From NCBI RefSeq assembly GCF_009914755.1, contig NC_060932.1: a stretch of DNA of 64,000 nucleotides. The stretch is one strand, 5' to 3'. The notes below the pieces were generated by a model that saw nothing but the letters and a program-made list of their open reading frames with translations, was not told the DNA's origin and searched no databases. The DNA comes from the human T2T-CHM13v2.0 reference genome, Homo sapiens. Made by a program: the position numbers and the translations under genes. Positions 45,351-62,135 of this stretch are shown here, piece by piece (position 1 is the stretch's first letter; the number at the start of each line of letters is the position of its first letter).

Positions 45351-47047
45351 ATAGAAAAGCTCGTTTTTATATTTTTATAAAATAATATTGATACTAAAAT
45401 CTGATAAAACATGAAAAGAAAAAATACAGTCAGAGGTACATATGCATTATAGTTACATTGAGATAAATTATATATTTCACAATTTAAACATTTAAAGACT
45501 AAAAAAACAAAGGAATAAATTTTCAGGTTAAAAGAATCTATCAAATACTCATTTCATGTTAGAGAAGAGGTAATAATAGGATAAGCAAATAGTTGTTAGA
45601 GCCAATTAAATGGGATGACCAACACAGAACTGTTTCGTAGATATTGAATTGAGGTTTAAGATCATCATGGCAGACAAGAGGCAAGACTAGATTGCAGCTC
45701 TGGACAGAGCAGTGTGTGGGGGCCTGCATTGTGAATTTTAGCTCCAGATCAACCGCAAGAACAAACCAGCAATCCCAAGAGGACCCACACACCCTCTGAA
45801 GGAGGCGGACTGCTCCTGCAGGACCTGGGACACCCCCCCCAAACTATGAGTGCCCCAACCGTGGAAGTGGGCACACTTCCCACTGGAGAAGTCGAAGGTC
45901 TTTACCTGCAGAAGTTTCTGACTTTACCTGGAGCTGAGTCAATTTGGAGAGCTGAGCAAAATACAGGGATAGAGGAAGCAGCAGATAGGCCCTGTGGGGG
46001 GAGCTCACTGGGTCCCCTAGCAGGCCAGTCCTGCCTGGCACCACAGGGATCCAATGGGAGAGGAGCAGAGGGTAAAACTACGCAGGAACAAGTAAATCTC
46101 TAGCTTAACTTCGTAAAAATTTGAACGGGGTGAGAAGCCTCCTGGCCAGAACTCAGGGGAAGGCAAAAATCCAGTGGGCAGACTCCACAGCAGGAGAAGA
46201 ACCAAGCCCTTTTCTTTCACAGCTAGGAAGCAGGTAGCCTGGGGCAGGTTTTCAAGCCCATAATAGCTCTCCACCTGGAAATGAACTGGGGGCTATTGAT
46301 GGGGGGTGGGGGTGGGGCGCAGTGAGAATGAGACCAGCCCTTCAGTTTGTGTGGGAGCTGGGTGAGGCCTGGAACTGCTGGCTTTCCCTACAACCTGCCT
46401 GACTCAGCAGAGGCAGCCATAATCCTCCTAGGTACACAACTCCAGTGACCTGGGAATCTCATCCCTATTCTTCACAGCAGCTGCAGGAAGACCTGCCCAA
46501 GGAAAGTCTGACCTCAAAATTAGCCCCACCCCCACCTGATGATGGTCCTTTCCTACCCACCCTGGTAGCGGAAGACAAACGGCATATAATCTTGGGAGTT
46601 CTATGGCCCCACCCACCACCAGTTCCTCCCCATGCTACTGCAGCTGATGTTCTCTGGAAAGTGCCACCTCCTGGCAGGAGGCCAACCAGCACAAAAATAG
46701 AGCATTAAACCACCAAAGCTAAGAACCCTCAGGGAGTCCATTGCACCCCTTCCCACCTGCCATCTCTACCAGAACAGGCACTGATATCCATGGCCGAGAG
46801 ACCCATAGATGGTTCACATCACAAGATTCTATGCAGACAATCCCCAATACCAGCCCGGACCAGGTATACTCACTGGGTGGGTGGCTAGACTCATAAGAGA
46901 GACAACAATCCCTGCAGTTCAGCTCACAGGATGCCACATCTATAGGAAAAGAGGGAGAGTGCTACATCAAGGGAACACCACTTGGGACAAAAGAATCTGA
47001 ACAACAGCCTTCAGCCCTAGACCTTCTCTCTGACAGAGCCTACCCAA

Positions 47048-48030
47048 ATGAGAAGGAACCAGAAAACCAACTCTGGTAATATGACAAAACAAGGCTCTTC
47101 AACACCCCAAAAAAATCATACCAGTTCACCAACAATGGATCCAAACCAAGAAGAAATCCCTGATTTACCTGAAAAAGAATCCAGGAGGTTAGTTATTAAG
47201 CTAATCAGAGAAGGACCACAGAAAGGTGAAGCCCAATGCAAGGAAATCCAAAAAATGATACAAGAAGTGAAGGGAGAAATATTCAAGGAAATAGGTCACT
47301 TAAAGAAAAAACAATAAAAAATTCAGGAAACCTTGGACACACTTTTAGAAATGCAAAATGCTCTGGAAAGTCTCAGCAGTAGAATTGAACAAGTAGAAGA
47401 AAGAAATTCAGAGCTCAAAGACGAGGTCTTCGAATTAACCCAATCCAACCAAGACAAAGAAAAAAAATAAGAAAACATGGACAAAGCCTCCAAGAAGTCT
47501 GGGATTATGTTAAATGACCAAATCTAAGAATAATCGGTGTTACTGTGGAAGAAGAGAATTCTAAAAGTTTGGAAAACACATTTGGGGGAATAATCAAGGA
47601 AAACTTCCTCAGCCTTGCTAGAGACCTAGACATCCAAATACAAGAAGCACAAAGAACACCTGGGAAATTGATCACAAAAAGATCTTCACCTAGGCATATT
47701 TTCATCAGGTTATCCAAAGCTAAGATGAAGGAAGGAATCTTAAGAGCTGTGAGACAGAAGAACCAGGTAACCTATAAAGGAAAACCTATCAGATTAACAG
47801 CAGATTTATCAGCAGAAACTCTACAAGCTATTAGGGATTGGGGCCCTATCTTTAGCCTCCTCAAACAAAACAATTATCAGCCAAGAATTTTTTATCCAGT
47901 GAAAGAAACTAAGCATCATGTGTGAAGGAAAGATACAGTCTTTTTCAGACAAACAAATGCTGAAAAAATTCACCATTCCCAAGCCACCACTACAAGAACT
48001 GCTAAAAGGAGCTCTAAATCTTGAAACAAA
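47048..48030 (+). pseudogene. L1 ORF1 (disrupted)
   Basis: MRRNQKTNSGNMTKQG..., IQIQEAQRTP...YKGKPIRLTADLSAETLQA; stops and frameshifts. Confidence 0.88.
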
Positions 48031-48959
48031 TCCTGGAAACACATGAAAACAGAACCTCTTTAAAGCATAAATCACACAGGAACTATAAAACAAAAATACA
48101 AGTTAAAAAGCAAGAACAAAAAAAAAAGTACGCAGGCAACAAAGAGCATGATGAATGCAATGGTACCTCACATTTCAATACCAATATTGAATGTAAATGG
48201 CCTAAATGCTCCACTTAAAAGACGCAGAACCACAGAATGGATAAGAACTCACCAACCAACCATCTGCTGCCTTCAGGAGACTCACCTAACACATAAGGAC
48301 TCACATAAACTTAAAGTAAAGGGGTGGAAAAAGGCATTTCATGCAAATAGACACCAAAAGTGAGCAGGGGTGGCTATTCTTATATCAGACAAAACAAACT
48401 TTAAAGTAACAGCAGTTAAAAGAGACAAAGAGGGATGTTATATAATGGTAAAAAGGCCTTCTCCAACAGGAAAACATCATAATTCTAAACATATATGTAC
48501 CTAAAACTGGAGCTCCCAAGTTTATAAAACAATTACTAATAGACTTAAGAAATGAGATAGACAGCAATGCAATAATAATGGACTTCAATGCTCCACTGAC
48601 AGCACTGGACAGGTCATCAAGACAGAAAGTCAACAAATAAATAATGGATTTAAACTATGCCTTGGAACAAATGGACTTAACAGATATATACACAACATTT
48701 CATCCAGCAACTGCAGAATGCAAATTTTATTCAACAGCACATGGAACTTTCTCCAAGATAACCATATGATAGGTCATAAAACGAGCCTCAATGAATTTAA
48801 GAAAATTGAAATTATATCAAGCATTCTCTCAGACCACACTGGAATAAAACTGGAAATCAACTCCAAAAGGAACCTTCAAAATCATGCAAATACATGGAAA
48901 TTAAATAACCTGCTCCTGAATGAGCATTGGGTCACAAACAAAATCAAAATGAAAATTTA

Positions 48960-49289
<330 letters not shown>

Positions 49290-51441
49290 TCAAACTGAAC
49301 GACAATAATGACCCAGCCTGTCAAAACCTCTAGGATACAGCAAAGGAGGTTCTAAGAGGAAAGTTCATAGCCCTAAATGCCTACATCAAAAACTCTGAAA
49401 GAGTACAAACTGACACTCTAAGGTTAACACCCAAGGAACTAGAGAAACAAGAACAAACCAAACCCAAACCTATCAGAAGAAAGGAAATAACCAAGGTCAG
49501 AGCAGAACTAAATGAATTGAAACAGAATTAAAAACAAAAATCACATGATCATTTCAATAGATGCAGAAGAAGCATTTGACGAAATCCAGCATCTCTTCAC
49601 GATTAATACTCTCAGCAAAATCAGCGTACAAGGGACATACCTTAATGTACTAAAAGCCATCTATGACAAACCCACAGCCGACATAATACTGAATGGGGAA
49701 AAGTTGAAAGCATTCCCTCTGAGAATTAGAACAAGACAAAGGTGCCAACTGTCACCACTCTTCTTCAACATAGTACTGGAATTCCTAGCCAGAGCAATCA
49801 GACAAGAGAAAGAAATAAAGGGCAACCAAATTGGCAAAGAGGAAGTCAAACTGTCACTGTTTGCTGAAGATTTGATCGTTTACCTTGAAAACCATAAGGA
49901 TTCCTTCAGAAAGCTCCTACAAATGATAAAAGAATTCAGCAAAGTTTCCAGATACAAGATTAATGTACACAAATCAGTAGCTCTTCTATACACAAACAGT
50001 GACCAAGCAGAGATCAAATCAAGAACTCAACCCCTTTTATAATAACTGCAAAAAAATAAAATAAAATACTTAGGAATATACCTAACCAAGGAGTCAAAAG
50101 ACCTTTACAAGGAAAGCTACAAAACACTGCTAAAAGAAATCATAGATGACACAAACAAATAGAAACATATCTCATGCTCATGGATAGGTAGAATCAATAT
50201 TGTGAAAATGGCCCTACTGCCAAAAGCAATCTAAAAATTCAATGCAATTCCCTTCAAAATACCACCATCATTCTTCACAGAATTAGAAAAAAACAATTCT
50301 AAAGTTCATATGGAACCAAAAAAGAGCCCACATAGCCAAAGCAAGACTAAGCAAAAAGAACAAATCTGGAGGCATCACACTACCTGATTTCAAACTATAC
50401 TATACTATAAGGCCATAGTCACCAAAACAGCATAGTAGTTGTACAAAAATAGGCACATGGGCCAATGAAACAAAAATAGAGAACCAAGAAATAAACCTGA
50501 ATACTTACAGCCCACTGATCTTCGAGAAAGTAAACAAAAATATAAAGTGGGGAAAGGACACCCTTTTCAACAAATGGTGCTGGGGCAATTGGCTAGCCAC
50601 ATGCAGGAGCATGAAACTGGATCCTCATCTCTCACCTTATACAAAAATCAACTCAAGATGGATTAAGGACTTAAAACTAAGACCTGAAACTATAAAAATT
50701 CTAGAAGATAACATTGGAAAAACCCTTCTACACATTGGCTTAGGCAAGGATTTCATGACCAAGAACCCAAAAGCAAATGCAATAAAAGCAAAGATAAATA
50801 GCTGGGACCTAATAAAACTAAAGAGCTTTTGCACGGCAAAAGGAACAGTCAGCAGAGTAAACAGACAACCCACAGAGTGGGAGAAAATTTTCACAATCTA
50901 TACATCTGACAAAGGACTAATATCTAGAATCTACAACAAACTCAAACAAATCAGTAGGAAAAAAACAAACAATCCCATCAGAAAGTGGGCTAAGGACATG
51001 AATAGACAATTCCCAAAAGAAGATATACAAATGGCCAACAAACATATGAAAAAATGCTCAGCATCACTAATGATCAGGGAAATGCAAATCAAAACCACAA
51101 TGCAATACCACATCTCTCCTGCAAGAATGGCCATAATCAAAAAATAAAAAAACAGTAGATTTTGGGATGGATGCGGTGAAGAGGGAACACTTCTACACTA
51201 CTGGTGGGAATGTAAACTAGTACAGCCGCTATGGAATACAGTGTGGAGATTCCTTAAAGAACTAAAAGTAGAATTACCATTCAATCCAACAATCCCACTA
51301 CTGGGTATCTACCCAGAAGAAAAGAAGTATTATTCAAAAACACACTTGCACGTGCATGTTTATAGCAGCACAATTCACAATTGCAAAATCATGGAACCAA
51401 CCCAAATGCCCATCAATCAATGAGTGGTTAAAGAAATAGTG

Positions 51442-51764
51442 ATATATATATATATATATATATGTATATGTCACATATATATATCACATATATATCACAT
51501 ATATATCACATATATGTCACATATATATGTCACATATATATCACATATATATGTCACATATATATGTCACATATATATCACATATATATGTCACATATAT
51601 ATCACATATATATGTCACATATATATCACATATATATATCACATATATGTCACATATATATGTCACATATATATCACATATATATCACATATATGTCACA
51701 TATATATCGCATATATATGTCACATATATATCACATATATATCACATATATATATCATATATAT
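51442..51764. repeat. Compound (TA)n-derived minisatellite, units TCACA(TA)n and TGTCACA(TA)n
   Basis: Tandem ~11-15 bp units of tcacatatata / tgtcacatatata. Confidence 0.95.
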
Positions 51765-52311
51765 GATGGAATATTATGCAGCCATAAAAAGGAATGAATT
51801 GCCAGCATTTGCAGTGACCTCGACGAGATTGGAGACTATTATTCTAAGTGAAGTAACTCAGGAATGGAAAACCAAATATTGTATGTTCTCACTGATATGT
51901 GGGAGCTAAGCTATGAGGACACAAAGGCATAAGAATGATATGATGGACTTTGGGGACTTGAGGGGAAGAATGGGAGGGGGGCAAGGGATAAAAGACTACA
52001 AATATGATGCAGTGTATACTGCTGGAGTAATAGGGGCAACAAAAGCTCACAAATCACCACTAAAGAATTTACTCATATAACCGAATACCACCTGTACCCC
52101 AATAACTTATGAAAAATTTTTTAAAAAGAAAAAAAACTGCTTCATAGATATTCAGTTGAAATCTAAATTAATATGATAAAGTCTCTCAGAGTACCAAAAT
52201 AACCCTAATACCACAGCCAGCCTGATGTGTAGACGTTAATATGTGCAATATGGAAGAGATTTATAAGTTCACATCTTATTATTTTAGTTACATTCACACA
52301 AATAGGCATCA

Positions 52312-52715
<404 letters not shown>

Positions 52716-52844
52716 AAATAATCATATAAAACTATGTGTGTCTTCATCATGTCTATTCAACAAATTCTAGGAAATTCTAGTCAGAGCTAATGAGGCAAGC
52801 ATGAGAAAGAAAATGTATCCCAATTGGAAAAGAAGAAGTAAAAT

Positions 52845-53478
52845 TGTTAACAAAAATGGGTTCCAATCCAGACCCCAAAAGAGGGGTCTTGGTTCTTGCA
52901 CAAGAAAGAATTTGAGGCAAGTCCATAGAGTGAAGTGAAAGCAAGTTTATTAAGAAAGTACAGAAACAAAAGAATGTCTTCTCCATAGACAGAGCAGCAG
53001 CATGGGCTGCTCAACTGAGTATAGTTATAGTTATTTCTTGGTTATATGCTAAACAAGGGGTGAATTATTCATGAGTTTTCCAGAAAGGGGTGGAGGATTC
53101 TTGGAACTGAGGGTTCTTCCCCTTTTTAAACCATATTGGTAGCTTCCAGACATTGCCATGGCATTTGTGAATTGTCATGGTGCTGGTGGGAGTGTCTTTT
53201 AGCATGCTAATGCATTATAATTAGTGTATAATGAGCAGTGAGGATGACCAGAGGTCACTTTCATTGCCATCTTGGTTTTGGTGGCAGCTTTTCTGCCATA
53301 TTCTGTTTTATCAGCAGGGTATTTGTGGTCTGTATCTTGTGATACCAGTCCTGCCAACCTATCTCATCCTGTAGCTAAGAATGCTTAACCTCCTAGGAAT
53401 GCAGCCTAGCAGCTCAGATCCTCATTTTACCCACCCCCTATTCAAGATGAAGTCACTCTGGTTCAAACGCCTCTGCCA
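52845..53478 (-). repeat. MER41 3' LTR
   Basis: Direct repeat of 60862-61529; purine-rich tract next to it on the minus strand; GAS TTCTTGGAA at 53098-53106. Confidence 0.9.
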
Positions 53479-55824
53479 TATCCCACCCCAGCTTTTAAAA
53501 GGGGACCCTTAAAGGGTTGTAGAGGGATAAAGATCCATCTTCTGTGAATTCTTCAGGTTGAATAGGGGCAATGATATTCCTGCCTAACTACCAGGGTCCC
53601 TTGTATTCAGGGTAGAGAGGAGCTCAGTCAGCATCAACATGGTGAGAGCCATTCATAACTCTGAGTCTTTACAAAAGGTGACATCTGGAAGATGAATATA
53701 TGTTCCATTTAAGAAAATTTTAGCAAGCTTATCCTGCATTCTTACACAAAGAGTACAACAGCAATATATTCCACAACAGTAAAGCAAAATAAGTAAAATT
53801 ATCCCAAAGTAAACTAAATAAGGCTTTCCATGAGCTGGACAATTGATGGAACCATGCTGATACAGAGTGACTAGCTGACTCTAGTATGTGCCCAGAATTA
53901 GATTATTGATCCGATTTTTACATTTCCCATCCCTCTTATTTCCTCTGAGCTGCAGCCAGAGATCACTGGTTGGTTCACAGGAATAAGCAGGGTCAGTCTA
54001 AATTTCAGAAAATCTCAAAATGGATGAGACTAGAATCTAATAAAAAATGTACCATAGTTTTTGAAACATAATTTTTCTCTCTCCAGTCCCCACTTTTATT
54101 AAAAACAAAGTGCAATAGGATGGATTTGTTTGCAAAATAAGTTTTAGTTTTATTATACTTAGCCTGATTATTTGTACAAGGTGCAGCAAGAATAATTACT
54201 TTCCACATAGGATCTTTTTGAATTGCCTTTGAAGGAACTTTGTTCCGTAAGGAATCTCATATTGGACATTTGAAGCCTTGAGCCCAGCGATGAGTTTATC
54301 TCTGCCTGCAAATACCTATATGAATTGGATAAATTCCTCTCCTCTTGAGGTCTCAAGATAACCTGGGGCTCCTGGGCCTGTCAGAAAAAATTCTTTACTT
54401 ACCACAGGTCAAGAATCCTGTACAGGGAATGCATAGGCAAGGTATGAAGCTAGTTTTTCCAAGGGGCTTTTATTAGCTCTATAAGTCAACTTTGATTCCT
54501 TAGAGCAGGATGTTTATATGTGAAAGCATGCCATTCCAGTCAAAGCCTTGGTAAGAAAAAAAACAAAAACAATTTCTCCAATTGTGTCCTATTACAAAAG
54601 AAAACAGATTCTTATTGTACTTATGCAAATAACTATATCATCATACAAATACTCACAAATAGTTTCCAAATTCTGGAAAAATCAGGTGGAGAGAGATATG
54701 CTCCAAAATTTATTTATAGGAGTATACTTTACTTAACTGCTAAAAGCCATAAATAGCTAAAAAGAAAAAAGTTTTCTTGACTCTGAAAACCAAAACAGAA
54801 AGGATCAGCAATGTTTTAAACAAAAAGTCATAAAAAGATTACTTTGGCCTTTTATTAGTTTAGCCTATGCAGTTAATTCCTGTTTTGCTCGACATTTGTG
54901 AACACATTCGTTTTCCAAGAGAATCTTGGAAGTTCTTTCCTCTTTATTTTAATAGCACACTTTCCAAAATTATCACAGACTATGTTTAGGAGTACTCATG
55001 AGAGTGGTATCGCTAATTATAAACTGTCTTTTGAAGGAGGATCAAAATAAGAAAACAATTGTCTATGGATGACAAGAAGTCTTAGGGCAGTCACAATCAA
55101 AGACAAAATTGATAAGAAAATTTGGTTACTTCTGTGGTACACAACAATTTAACATAACAATTATATTTATTCCTCAAAACATATACCAAGTCATATCAGA
55201 ATTACAGGGGTTTCTCATAATTTTGGAACACATACCAATAACATACTTATACAAATGCAACCTAAAGAAAACCAAACACCATTTCATATTTGACAATGCT
55301 ATCTGTATGATTTTAATATACCAAAATAATCCAAATATGTCATTTTTGGACTTTAGGGGACTTAGTATCTATAAGGTTAATTAGGTAAGAAAAAGACATC
55401 ACTTAGAATTTGATTTTGGAAAGTTTGTCAAGTATCAAAGTTTTAAAATACTTGTAAAATAAAATTTCATGTCACCATTAGTCATTTAATTAGCCAAAAT
55501 GATAACTGAAAAATTTTTTAAAGGCAAAAACCTGTATTCATTGATAAAAGGAAGACTTCATTTTCCAGACAATCTGTCTCTTTTCTCCCTTCTTTTTCTT
55601 GTAGTTTATTCAAAAGGCAAACAGAAATCTTTCATTATCTTTTAATATTACATGAAAATTTTGTTTGAGAGAAAGCCAAATTTCACCTTTGCATTAGAGT
55701 ACTATCAATGTCAAATCCAAATCTTAATAAAACCTTATAGACAAAGTATTCAACCTTAATCAGTTTGACCATGAGGTAAGAGTCTCATAAACCTTTTAAC
55801 AATTTTCTGTTAAACAGCAGATCT

Positions 55825-56290
<466 letters not shown>

Positions 56291-58332
56291 CTAAGAAAAC
56301 CCTGTTGTGCTTTTATTTTGATGTTCAATTTATTTAAAAATTGAATAATATTCCTTTAACTTTAGTCAATAGGTTCACATACAGAATTTTTTTACAAGAT
56401 TAACTTCTCACAAACCTTCCACATCTTGCTCAACTGTTTAGTTCTAGACTAACTTTCTAAACTAGGCACACACAAAAATTCCATATTCCCATGCCTTTTT
56501 AAAATCTTGTACTAAAACACATTTTACTTTCCTTACACACCTTGCATGTAAAACTATTTTGCTAGTAGTCTCAATTATATATGTTTCAGTATTAACTCTT
56601 AGCAACTTCTATGTTGGTAAAAACTCTGGCAAGTAAGTGATTTTATTTATGTACCAGATGTGGAGCCTAGGACACCAGACAGAAGTACAGATAAGGTCTG
56701 AGTCTTTCCAGCATAGTTAGGGGGCATAGCTAACTCCACATGTCCCCTGCCTTATCTGGAATTTAGTGGCTCCAAGGCAAGTAATTTGAACAATTATCAA
56801 ATTAAAGAAGTAGTTTATGACATTAAGGCATTTATCAAATCTAATATGTGACCTAATTTAGACCAACTGTCTAAATTTTGAAAACATTTTTACTTTACTA
56901 ATAATCTTTAAAAGTGTCTTTATTTCCTAAAGATTACTAAAGTCACATGAACTAAAAGGCATTAAAGTCTTTATTTTTCTGAGAAAATCTTTGATACATA
57001 AGTGCTTATTTTTAAGCCAATTAATCAGAGCTCTCATATATAAACATCACACACATAATACATAAAAATACAGAAACAGAAGAGAATCCAGTACTTGTAA
57101 AATTTTTCATTTCCCAGTTTTTACATTTTTTAATTAGATTACTGGCTTCTGGGTAGAGCCCTCCGACAAACAGGGCCAGGAAGCATGCAGTTTCTATGGC
57201 CAAATAAGAAGGCACAGCTGGAAGGCAAAAACAGATTGCTGAAAATTGAGGGTTCAATTCTTACACCAGGTCCTGGATACCAAAAAGAGGGACTTCAGCT
57301 CATCCTCCATGGGGATCTTACTTTTCAGTGGCAGTGGGTAGGGATGTATCCATACCTTCTATGTGGCGAAGAGCATGCTTCCCTGATCCAAACAGGCAAA
57401 AAGCCGAGTATCCCCCCATAATTGCCACTAGCCATCCCTAAAAGTATATTTCCTACCTAGTTATTACCATTAAAGCTCTCTCATAATGCACAGTAATTTC
57501 TGATACCCATCAACATCAAAGATGTCAGGTAACTCAATGCAAAACAGAACAGAACCTTAGATTTTGAGAGGGATCCATCCACTTTCACTTCTTGGGGTTC
57601 CATGAGGAAATCAGAAGTTTTTCCAAAATGGAGTCTGTGGCTCCTCCTCTGCTTTTCCCCAGGAGTCCCAGGCTGTTAGAAATTATCTTAGGTCCTCTCA
57701 TTTGGGTGTCAACAGTGGCAAGAAGATAAAATGGAGAAAAACAATTCAGTCAACTGAGAAGAAAATAGCTTTTTTTTTCAGAAAAACAAGATTCAACTGG
57801 GGCGTGGGGGTGGTGGGGAGCCATAAAGACCTTTTAAATATATGTATAGCTTGGATAATCTGCTTTAACTTAAGCTGACGTTTAACCAGATCTCTTATTA
57901 CTAGACTCTAGTAAGGACCTACAGCCAGTATTTCTGGCTTTTGAACTTTATTAAAGGTAGCTTCCTAGGTGAAACAATAAGCCTTAACTAAGTTTATGAC
58001 TTAACCATGAGTGTATGAGGTATTTTCAAAGAGGTGGTAAGCAGTTTTTACAAGATCTAGAGTCTTCAAAGGTAGCTCAGAGAAAGGAAAATTCAAGCTG
58101 GAAAGTCAGAAGTTGTTCATGAAGGTGAGGAGAATCAACAAATGGCAAAGATCACACAAATATCAAACAGAAAGTACATTCTCTAAGCTGGGAATTGAAC
58201 CCAAGTCACCATTGTGAAATGGCAAAGCCTTAGCTTCTGAGCTACAGCACTGGACAGTGTTTATTGCCCTTCCTAGAAGGAACCTAGAGCAGCCAATTTT
58301 GAGCTTACAAAGGTTTTTAAGAGCCCAAGATA

Positions 58333-58382
58333 CTAGGTTCATGCAAAAGTAATTGTGGTTTTGGCCAAAATTTTCAGTGGCC
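58333..58382. mobile_element. Truncated MADE1
   Basis: taggttcatgcaaaagtaattgtggttttggcc, one MADE1 arm. Confidence 0.6.
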
Positions 58383-59593
58383 TATAATTTTTAGGCCAAC
58401 TGTTGACATGAACCCCAAAATTTTCACCCTCTAGATAGTGGAGACCAAGAGAAAGTATCCCCATATACTCACAAGGTCAAGCTCCCAAGGACATAAAACA
58501 AGACGAGAAGGAAACTTTACCTACTTTTTGTTTCAGGAATCTGCAACAAACTTTGTAACTGGTCAGTTTGCTGGTACAGCTTAAATAGAAGGCTTATAGG
58601 TAACCCCTTTTATAACAGAACTACACACAAAGACAAATTCATAGTGCAAAGTACACCAGATTTGCTACAGCCTAAGACTAGTCTCACAAATCCTTTTTCC
58701 CATTAATCAAAATTTTATAGAGGAGATAAATAGTGATTTTTACCATTCATTCAACCTGTTTGCACAGAAAGAGTGAGAGAGAAAACGAGAGAGAGAGAGA
58801 GATATTGAGAGGCCAGAAGTCTGACTGGTAAAAAATTCTTATGCTTTTGCCAGCATGCCAGGTTTCTGGGTTCCCTTTCCCTGAGTGGTCCTAGCGACCC
58901 TGCTCGCTGCACCATGGCCATGTGGGCCAAGCCACATCACTAAGGAAAAACATATTTTTCTGTTTCATGGAACCATAGGCAAAAGCCTCTCAATTTTGCA
59001 AGATGCTGCCCAATGGGCTGCATGGGGGAACCAAATTAACATTTTTTTAATCCCAGCCAGAACAAAATACATATGACAAAACATAGACACTTAGCCACTC
59101 CACTCAGCACCCAATATAGACCTGGCAAGGTTCAAACTTGCCCCCATTGGTACCCCATTATCTTTAATCCACTCAAAGTGGGGTGGAATGATCTCCACCG
59201 ACCGGGAGTTTCAACTTTTGGTATCTGAGAAAGATGGAAGAGTGGACAGTCACCCTGAGTAACAGAAAAGATAGGAAAGTGAAAGGAGAGAAAGGGAGAA
59301 AAGCATTGCCTGCAGCAGGGTAGGGAAGGCGAGCAGCCCAAAGGGGTCAGAGAAAACCCACCCCTCATAGCGACACTGAATCAAATGTTCAGGCAGCTCC
59401 TTGTCAGTCACAAAGGGATCTTTTCCAGTGGTCACATCAGCTCTCGTTTTCCCCTCTGGGGAGAAAAAAGATCCTCATGTCCCATGATCAAGTATATGCC
59501 TAATCCTGTCACCTACAGCCACTAGCAAAGAGCATAAGGCAGATTAATTCAAAGAGAAAAGCAATTAGCATCCCATAGTGACAAATTTATTTT

Positions 59594-59959
<366 letters not shown>

Positions 59960-60143
59960 TAAATCTTAGGAAGGACTCTAACTTCCTAAGTTGGCAGTCT
60001 AACCTAATTTCAGACAAGCATCTTTGCCCTTTACTAAGAGGGACTTTAAACCCCCTGTTTCTTAGGAGGGACTCTAACCCTTTTAAGTTGGGCCTCTAAC
60101 CTAATTCCATTCTCTACCCAGGATTAAAATACCCAACCATTTA

Positions 60144-60440
<297 letters not shown>

Positions 60441-60458
60441 AAATATCCCATCACTTAA

Positions 60459-60795
<337 letters not shown>

Positions 60796-60861
60796 CTGCA
60801 GTCTATTTCCTTTGGGTTGGGGGTTTCTCCAGGATCATCCTTTTGCAGTTCACTAGAAAGA

Positions 60862-61529
60862 TGTTACCAGAAAGGAGTCCCAATCCAGACCCCAAGAGAG
60901 GGGTCTTGGATCTTGTACAAGAAAGAATTTGGGGCAAGTCCATAGAGCAAAGTGAAAGCAAGTTTATTAAGAAAGTAAGGAAACAAAAGAATGGCTACTC
61001 CATAGACAGAGCAGTGGCATGGGCTGCTGAACTGAGTATACTTAACGATTATCTCTTGAATATATTCTAAACAAGGGTGGATTATTCATGAGTTTTCACA
61101 GAAAGGGGTGGGGAGTTCCCAGAACTGAGGGTTCTTCCCCATTTTAGACCATATAAGGTAGCTTCCAGACATCGCCATGGCATTTGTAAACCGTCATGGT
61201 GCTGGTGGGACAATTTTATCCTGGGTAAAGGATGGGATTTTAGCATACTAATGCATTATAATTAGTGTACAATAAACATGAGGACAACCAGAGGTCACTT
61301 TCATTGCCATCTTGGTTTTGGTGGGTTTGGGCTGGCTTCTTTACCATATCCTGTTTTACTGGCAGGGTCTTTATGACCTGTATCTTGTCACACCAGTCCT
61401 GCCAACCTCCTATATCATCCTGTGACTAAGAATGCCTAACCTCCAGGGAATGCAGCCCAGCAGCTCACATCCTCAATTTACCTGTCCCCTATTCAAAATG
61501 GAGTCACTCTGGTTCAAATGCCTCTGACA
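60862..61529 (-). repeat. MER41 5' LTR
   Basis: tgttaccagaaagg...ggttcaaatgcctctgaca; direct repeat of 52845-53478. Confidence 0.9.
61095..61124. promoter_or_regulatory. Tandem GAS (STAT-binding) motifs in MER41 LTR
   Basis: TTCACAGAA (61095-61103) and TTCCCAGAA (61116-61124), both TTCN3GAA; binding itself is not shown by the sequence. Confidence 0.55.
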
Positions 61530-61582
61530 AAATTATCTTTGTTCACAGATAACATTATATTAAAAGTTACAAATCTGCAGAT

Positions 61583-62135
<553 letters not shown>

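Noticed and set aside
51442-51764. CRISPR-like array
   Set aside because: No unique spacers; it is a simple tandem repeat in eukaryotic DNA.
51424-51909. His/Ile/Tyr-rich repetitive ORFs
   Set aside because: Translations of the stop-free TCACA(TA)n minisatellite; no coding evidence.
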